Positions 47,201 to 48,661 of a DNA stretch of 48,661 nt are shown here, one piece after another (within the stretch, counting starts at the first letter, position 1; the number at the start of each line of letters is the position of its first letter). The DNA comes from Octopus bimaculoides. Lineage: Eukaryota. Both the position numbers and the translations under genes were made by a program. The stretch lies in assembly GCF_001194135.2 (NCBI RefSeq), contig NC_068983.1:15796359-15845019 (forward strand), written 5' to 3'. Under the pieces are notes generated by a model. It had not been told where the DNA came from and ran no database searches. It saw only the letters and a list, made by a program, of their open reading frames with translations.

Positions 47201-47443
47201 CATAGTTTACGTTTGGTTTCTGAAATTTTGAATTTTCAATCACCTTTTGGTTTGAACTTGAGAAAGACAGACGTTCTGTCGAAATATTGTTAAAAAAATA
47301 TAACATCTAAAATCGCACTCTTCGTCTTGACTATTATTATCATTATTATTATTATTTCACAGGCATTTGGATGCGATTCCAGATTTCCAGCGCAACATCA
47401 TGGCAATGATCCGCTTTGCAATGTACCAGTGAATTTAAAGTAA
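10787..47443 (+). CDS. ADAMTS-like secreted zinc metalloprotease (M12B), 17 coding exons, 667 aa
   Basis: join(10787-10842,11939-12040,12439-12688,18015-18129,21565-21716,24917-25003,26722-26822,29578-29706,30849-30974,35065-35159,37609-37688,38769-38882,40193-40353,41071-41131,42437-42572,43376-43533,47363-47443) = 2004 nt. All introns GT-AG, phases 2,2,0,1,0,0,2,2,2,1,0,0,2,0,1,0 all compatible, no internal stop. Domain order is that of ADAMTS. No specific orthologue recognised. Confidence 0.9.
11096..11420 (-). mobile_element. SINE family C-related copy
   Basis: gttgatccgatcaacggaacagcctgctcgtgaaattaacg...acacgtgtacccttaacg is the reverse complement of 39830-39950. Confidence 0.8.
11612..11805 (+). 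mobile_element. SINE family B
   Basis: aaggcggtgagctg...aattcaatttccactgaggtcgactttgcc...ttcggggtcgataaaat. Confidence 0.8.
11939..12040 (+). CDS. Exon 2: [33 protein letters not shown](S), signal end and prodomain start
   Basis: Acceptor ttcacttacag, donor TC|GTAATA, phase 2 to 2; FIKPNRL resembles the V-x-P-x-R-L start of reprolysin prodomains. Confidence 0.75.
12439..12688 (+). CDS. Exon 3: M12B prodomain (...[23 protein letters not shown])
   Basis: Acceptor ttttgcag, donor TTG|GTAAGA; C-Y-x-G...S-x-C-x-GL prodomain motif. Confidence 0.93.
13610..13928 (-). mobile_element. Degenerate tRNA-derived SINE
   Basis: gctgagtgaactggagcaacgtgaaataaagt...gcccggtctgcgaatcgaactcattacctcacgattg resembles the reverse complement of the other tRNA-type heads here. 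Confidence 0.6.
13934..14367 (-). mobile_element. Two adjacent SINE family B copies
   Basis: gtcgacctcggcggaatttgaactc...gcatttc occurs twice (about 14055 and 14270). Confidence 0.85.
14548..14617. repeat. (CA)n microsatellite
   Basis: Directly visible. Confidence 0.95.
15598..15718. repeat. About 26-bp minisatellite (TCTCTCCTTCTCTCTCTCTCATTAAT), 4-5 units
   Basis: Directly visible; units vary in (CT) length. Confidence 0.9.
16020..16145. repeat. 32-bp minisatellite, about 4 diverged units
   Basis: aaatctcagagctacgagattatgcatcatgg-like units start at 16020, 16052, 16084 and 16116. Confidence 0.9.
17262..17341 (+). ncRNA. Type I hammerhead ribozyme motif, canonical core, long stem II
   Basis: gtttc CUGACGA ... 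GAAA cgtacg UA ggaac: stem I 5 bp (one G.U), palindromic loopless stem III, GUA site (after 17336). Stem II holds a tttggaac/gttccaaa hairpin but has a weak base. Confidence 0.6.
18015..18129 (+). CDS. Exon 4: [38 protein letters not shown], prodomain
   Basis: Acceptor tttcatctag, donor AAG|GTAATT; G...EY-x-LEP...H prodomain motif. Confidence 0.92.
18170..18592 (-). mobile_element. Two tandem SINE family B copies
   Basis: Repeated tttggcacaaagccagcaattt...gacgaaatgccgc...accagctcac pattern. Confidence 0.8.
18619..20150 (-). mobile_element. Helitron 3' fragment: decayed PIF1-like helicase with intact 3' terminus
   Basis: [43 protein letters not shown]...[23 protein letters not shown]. Terminal hairpin CGTGAA/TTCACG (18630-18647), then CTAG (18622-18619) followed by T on the minus strand. 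Confidence 0.92.
20198..20505 (+). mobile_element. tRNA-derived SINE, family D
   Basis: A box TGGCCTAGAGG, B box GGTTCGAATCTC, body tgtgacggacccatatcccgtccagg, (AAC)-type tail. Confidence 0.8.
20713..20752 (-). ncRNA. Minimal type I hammerhead motif with U4C
   Basis: actgt CCGAUGA acg ggag cgt GAAA ctc c gag UA acagt: all three stems pair; it lies in a PLE-like fragment (about 20690-21030). Confidence 0.75.
21254..21435. mobile_element. Tc1/mariner-derived MITE
   Basis: TIRs caagggagtgctgaaaagttcctggctt / aagccaggaacttttcagcaccatctcg; left flank TA. Confidence 0.8.
21565..21716 (+). CDS. Exon 5: (V)[25 protein letters not shown]...IVSKFNG, start of catalytic domain
   Basis: Acceptor tttgtttcacag, donor GGG|GTAATT; VE-x5-D first-strand motif. 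Confidence 0.92.
21895..22701. mobile_element. hAT-type MITE with nested SINE
   Basis: Degenerate TIRs ctgagattctcaac / gttgagaacccctg; 8-bp TSD atttagtg / atctagag (6 of 8 match). Confidence 0.65.
22107..22530 (+). mobile_element. SINE family A, full length
   Basis: tRNA-like head, internal (TA)/(TG) tract, tail cagtcaaatgactgaaacaagtaaaagag. Confidence 0.9.
23811..23906. repeat. (TTA)n followed by a poly-T tract
   Basis: Directly visible. Confidence 0.9.
24231..24448 (-). mobile_element. SINE family B, full length
   Basis: Close reverse complement of 30497-30713. Confidence 0.9.
24917..25003 (+). CDS. Exon 6: [29 protein letters not shown]
   Basis: Acceptor gttttacag, donor CCG|GTAAGT, phase 0 to 0. 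Confidence 0.88.
25605..25945. mobile_element. Two SINE family B copies in opposite orientation
   Basis: 25605-25792 on minus and 25832-25945 on plus, both with the gtcgac/gagttcaaa core. Confidence 0.75.
26255..26475 (+). mobile_element. SINE family B
   Basis: gcttagcggcatttcgtctgtc...gagttcagattccaccgaggtcgacttt. Confidence 0.8.
26722..26822 (+). CDS. Exon 7: [33 protein letters not shown](G)
   Basis: Acceptor ttttctttgaag, donor GG|GTATTG; L-x2-FC-x-W...D-x-A-x-L-x-T equivalent. Absent from the ORF track. Confidence 0.9.
27754..28085. mobile_element. Non-autonomous PLE-like insertion with partial internal inversion and TSD
   Basis: TSD aataatgttta (27743-27753 / 28086-28096); 82-bp inverted repeat 27808-27889 / 28004-28085 (1 mismatch); 21-bp tandem duplication at about 27916-27973. 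Confidence 0.8.
27892..27936 (-). ncRNA. Hammerhead-like motif with swapped G3:C8 core, stem I 5' arm displaced
   Basis: GUGAACA g gtcgc ggtctcaaa gcgac GAAA atat U U tgacaaa. The complementary arm ttttgtca-G lies on the + strand at 27995-28003. Confidence 0.6.
29155..29372 (+). mobile_element. SINE family B
   Basis: gctggcagaatcgttagtacgccgggcgaaatgcttagcgg...gtcgactttgcc. Confidence 0.85.
29578..29706 (+). CDS. Exon 8: [42 protein letters not shown](I)
   Basis: Acceptor ttctctttctag, donor AT|GTAAGT; GLA-x2-G-x2-C and HEIGH. Confidence 0.96.
30497..30713 (+). mobile_element. SINE family B, full length
   Basis: aaggcagcgagctggcagaaacgttagcacgccggg...gggccttgtgcctagagtagaaaagaat. Confidence 0.9.
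30849..30974 (+). CDS. Exon 9: [41 protein letters not shown](S)
   Basis: Completes HEIGHILGMPHD (HExxHxxGxxHD); Met-turn LMG; FSNCS. Acceptor tattctag, donor TC|GTAAAT. Confidence 0.95.
31960..32403 (+). repeat. Local duplication (about 200-230 bp) of a SINE B fragment plus adjacent sequence
   Basis: acgtacagattatttaat...aactaaacactttcaaact...gaatgtgtca...tttttgacaaaatttt...tttagaag occurs at about 32062-32188 and 32276-32395. Confidence 0.8.
32973..33080. repeat. (AAT)n microsatellite
   Basis: Directly visible; gives the poly-N ORF. Confidence 0.95.
33775..34136 (-). mobile_element. PLE-like pLTR fragment bounded by a perfect 30-bp inverted repeat
   Basis: aaaattataatatagggtatctaagagata (33775-33804) / tatctcttagataccctatattataatttt (34107-34136); contains a hammerhead motif. 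Confidence 0.65.
33914..33972 (-). ncRNA. Type I hammerhead ribozyme motif, canonical C3:G8 core
   Basis: attcca CUGAUGA a ggc aaa gcat ttatt atgc ata gcc a GAAA tcc g gga UC tggaat: 6-bp stem I, AUC site (C at 33920). Confidence 0.8.
35065..35159 (+). CDS. Exon 10: [31 protein letters not shown]
   Basis: Acceptor tatgtttcag, donor AAG|GTAAGT; terminal catalytic-domain CL motif. Confidence 0.88.
35555..35800 (-). mobile_element. SINE family A, 3' part
   Basis: cttgtttcagtcatttgactg...aagttacggggacgtaaac...cggttgtcaag is the reverse complement of 22350-22515. Confidence 0.85.
36599..37464 (-). mobile_element. Internally deleted mariner element
   Basis: [19 protein letters not shown] (WVPHxL-like), [32 protein letters not shown] (HDNARPH-like); 29-bp TIRs with 7 mismatches, both flanked by TA. 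Confidence 0.85.
37609..37688 (+). CDS. Exon 11: (V)[26 protein letters not shown], disintegrin-like domain
   Basis: Acceptor catggcag, donor AAG|GTAAAT; supplies the required phase 1 to 0 and the expected first Cys. Confidence 0.78.
38706..38755. repeat. (CTA)n microsatellite abutting the exon 12 acceptor
   Basis: Ends 13 nt before the exon start. Confidence 0.95.
38769..38882 (+). CDS. Exon 12: [38 protein letters not shown]
   Basis: Acceptor tttttatttccag, donor AAG|GTATGT; C-x5-C...G-x2-C-x2-GK pattern. Confidence 0.88.
39571..39956 (+). mobile_element. SINE family C, full length with 14-bp TSD
   Basis: A box TGGCCAAGAGG, B box GGTTTCGATTCCC, (CAA)n tail; TSD catcatgtaaacat at 39556-39569 and 39957-39970. 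Confidence 0.92.
40193..40353 (+). CDS. Exon 13: VCLKKQCL...[30 protein letters not shown](K), TSP1 repeat
   Basis: WxxW and CSRTCGxG motifs; acceptor ctgttttag, donor AA|GTAAGT. Confidence 0.96.
40508..40892 (+). mobile_element. 5'-truncated R4/Dong-like LINE 3' end
   Basis: KCKHNRPD...[15 protein letters not shown]...[10 protein letters not shown]...[10 protein letters not shown]...[21 protein letters not shown] (PD..D/E-x..K restriction-like endonuclease); begins right after (CATA)n. Confidence 0.8.
41071..41131 (+). CDS. Exon 14: [23 protein letters not shown]1 end
   Basis: Acceptor tttcttatag, donor CAA|GTGAGT. Confidence 0.93.
42437..42572 (+). CDS. Exon 15: [24 protein letters not shown]...YGGT, Cys-rich domain start
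   Basis: Acceptor ttctcctgaacag, donor CAG|GTAAGT. Confidence 0.92.
42988..43025 (-). ncRNA. Degenerate hammerhead motif (A6U, U16.1C)
   Basis: tttt CUGUAGA a gagc gtac gctc GAAA cg C U aaag; in a short repeat between (TA)n tracts (about 42896-43075). Probably inactive. Confidence 0.45.
43376..43533 (+). CDS. Exon 16: YDNDCDVHC...LPDGTPC...LHCFRGKCQ, Cys-rich domain
   Basis: DGTPC and C-x2-G-x-C motifs; acceptor ttttatcaaag, donor CAG|GTAGGG. Confidence 0.95.
44586..44620 (+). ncRNA. Hammerhead-like motif with U3:A8 core in the left pLTR (3' end cut by gap)
   Basis: aac UUGAAAA a gacag acgtt ctgtc GAAA ta U U g. Confidence 0.55.
47255..47291 (+). ncRNA. Hammerhead-like motif with U3:A8 core in the right pLTR
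   Basis: aac UUGAGAA a gacag acgtt ctgtc GAAA ta U U gtt; differs from the left copy only at N7. Confidence 0.62.
47363..47443 (+). CDS. Exon 17 (terminal): [26 protein letters not shown]
   Basis: Acceptor attatttcacag; FGCD matches the ADAMTS x-GCD motif; TAA at 47441-47443. Confidence 0.82.
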   Translation, partial: AFGCDSRFPAQHHGNDPLCNVPVNLK

Positions 47444-47662
47444 ACGCATGCAAAATTGCTAGGAACAGCAAAAAGAGAAAAGGAAAAGAGAGAGAGAAAG
47501 CAAGAAAGAGATAGAGAAAAAGAAGTAAGGAGAGAAAGAAAGAAAGAGAGAGAGAGAGAGTGATAGATAGAGTTAGAGAGAGAGAGAAGAGAGTGTAATT
47601 AAACGTCTTATTGGAAAAATCCACTACCACTACAAAAATATCGAAGATTTGTACAACCATCG

Positions 47663-47668
47663 AATAAA
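47663..47668 (+). terminator. Candidate polyadenylation signal AATAAA
   Basis: First AATAAA after the stop codon, about 220 nt downstream. Confidence 0.4.
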
Positions 47669-47894
47669 ACATTTCACTCTTTAAGCGTTCCTTTACTTTC
47701 ATTTCTAGTTTCTAAATCTACATGTTGCTATTAAAGCACAATCCACATAAATTGTCTTATGAACCAACGAGGGAGCCGCTACATAGACGGTGTATTGGTG
47801 CAAATAGTAGCCAAATCTCCCGCAAATTACAAGCCACAGTTTTCAAAGAAAAGAAAGTGCACAAGCTGGTTACTTCTTGAACGCTTTTGGAGGC

Positions 47895-48661
47895 AATATC
47901 CCTTAGCGCCAAACAATGATTAGGAATAAAAGACGTTTAGATTAGTTAAAATATGCTTGTGACACATTTTAAATTCTAAAGGCAAATTCACTGCAGTTAC
48001 CGGTGAGAAAGATTCTCTCTTATAGTAAAAGTTGGGAAAACACCATATCTGCCCCGTGCTTCCCCATATCGGATTCCCAGATGACCGTTTATGACTCTTT
48101 AGCCGTCCTCAATGGGAAATACAAATGAGAGTAACTTCAGTGAATTTGCCTTTAGAAGTTAAATATGTTACAAATATATTTTAACTAACCTAAAAGTTGG
48201 TTTATTCCTTATCACTGCTTGGCGCCAATGCTGTTATATTTATCCCGACCAGGCGGTCGAATAGTGCAACCTAGTCACTGATGTTTGCTGCTTAAAAAAA
48301 TGTTTTTTTAGTTAAAGCTACGGCTTTAATCTACCCAAGATTATTTCTCTTCGTAAATTCTCATCGAGGAAAACTAAAGAGTCAGAAACGGCTCTCTGGG
48401 AATCCGATAGGGGGAAGCACTGGTCAAATATGGTGTTTTCACAACTTTTACTTAAAGAGAGAATTTCTTCTCCGCGGTAACTGTAGTGAATCCGCCTTTA
48501 GAAGTAAAAATATGCAACAGACATATTTTAACTAACCTAAAAGTTGGTTTATTCCTTATCACTGCTTGGCGCCAATGCTGTTATATTTATCCCGACCAGG
48601 CGGTCGAATAGTGCAACCTAGTCACTGATGTTTGCTGCTTAAAAAAATGTTTTTTTAGTTA
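47895..48661. repeat. About 346-bp tandem repeat preceded by an inverted partial copy
   Basis: Units start near 48140 and 48486; about 48180-48312 is essentially identical to 48530-48661; about 47895-48102 is a diverged inverted copy. Confidence 0.85.

Larger units (their letters stand above)
44308..47291 (+). mobile_element. Penelope-like retroelement (pLTR-ORF-pLTR) with the RT domain deleted
   Basis: 313-bp direct repeats 44308-44620 / 46977-47289 (4 substitutions). ORF pieces: [10 protein letters not shown]...[13 protein letters not shown]...ALRRL...[44 protein letters not shown] (GIY-YIG C-terminus). Confidence 0.88.

Noticed and set aside
2883-47203. Long ORFs in the track spanning N runs, and low-complexity ORFs (poly-YI, CV, MYVC, N, Y)
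   Set aside because: They stay open only because of assembly gaps or stop-free microsatellites.
44308-47289. 313-bp direct repeat as an assembly duplication around gaps
   Set aside because: The copies differ at 4 positions and overlap the ORF C-terminus, as PLE pLTRs do.
17262-47291. Idea that hammerheads are excluded from the host gene's sense strand
   Set aside because: The motifs at 17262, 44586 and 47255 are on the sense strand, and the sample is tiny.

Overview
AT-rich, gap-ridden (about 6 kb of N) eukaryotic draft sequence, dense in microsatellites and short interspersed repeats. The repeat families look like those I recognise from octopus genomes; the organism is an inference. Almost every ORF in the supplied track is an artefact of microsatellites, N gaps or transposon fragments. 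The real gene is a + strand, 17-exon ADAMTS-like zinc metalloprotease assembled by hand: CDS 10787-47443, all GT-AG introns, every intron phase consistent, 2004 nt, 667 aa. Its domains are signal peptide, M12B prodomain, catalytic domain with HEIGHILGMPHD and Met-turn, disintegrin-like domain, one TSP1 repeat, and a Cys-rich domain that stops early with no spacer. Three further upstream exon-like segments form a continuous reading frame (uORF or N-terminal extension). Introns and flanks hold decayed Tc1, mariner, FLYWCH-MULE, Helitron, R4/Dong-like LINE and Penelope-like (PLE) elements, MITEs and many tRNA-derived SINEs. The most striking signal is a set of minimal type I hammerhead-ribozyme motifs in PLE-like repeats whose catalytic 3:8 pair occurs as C:G, G:C and U:A in different families within this one locus.
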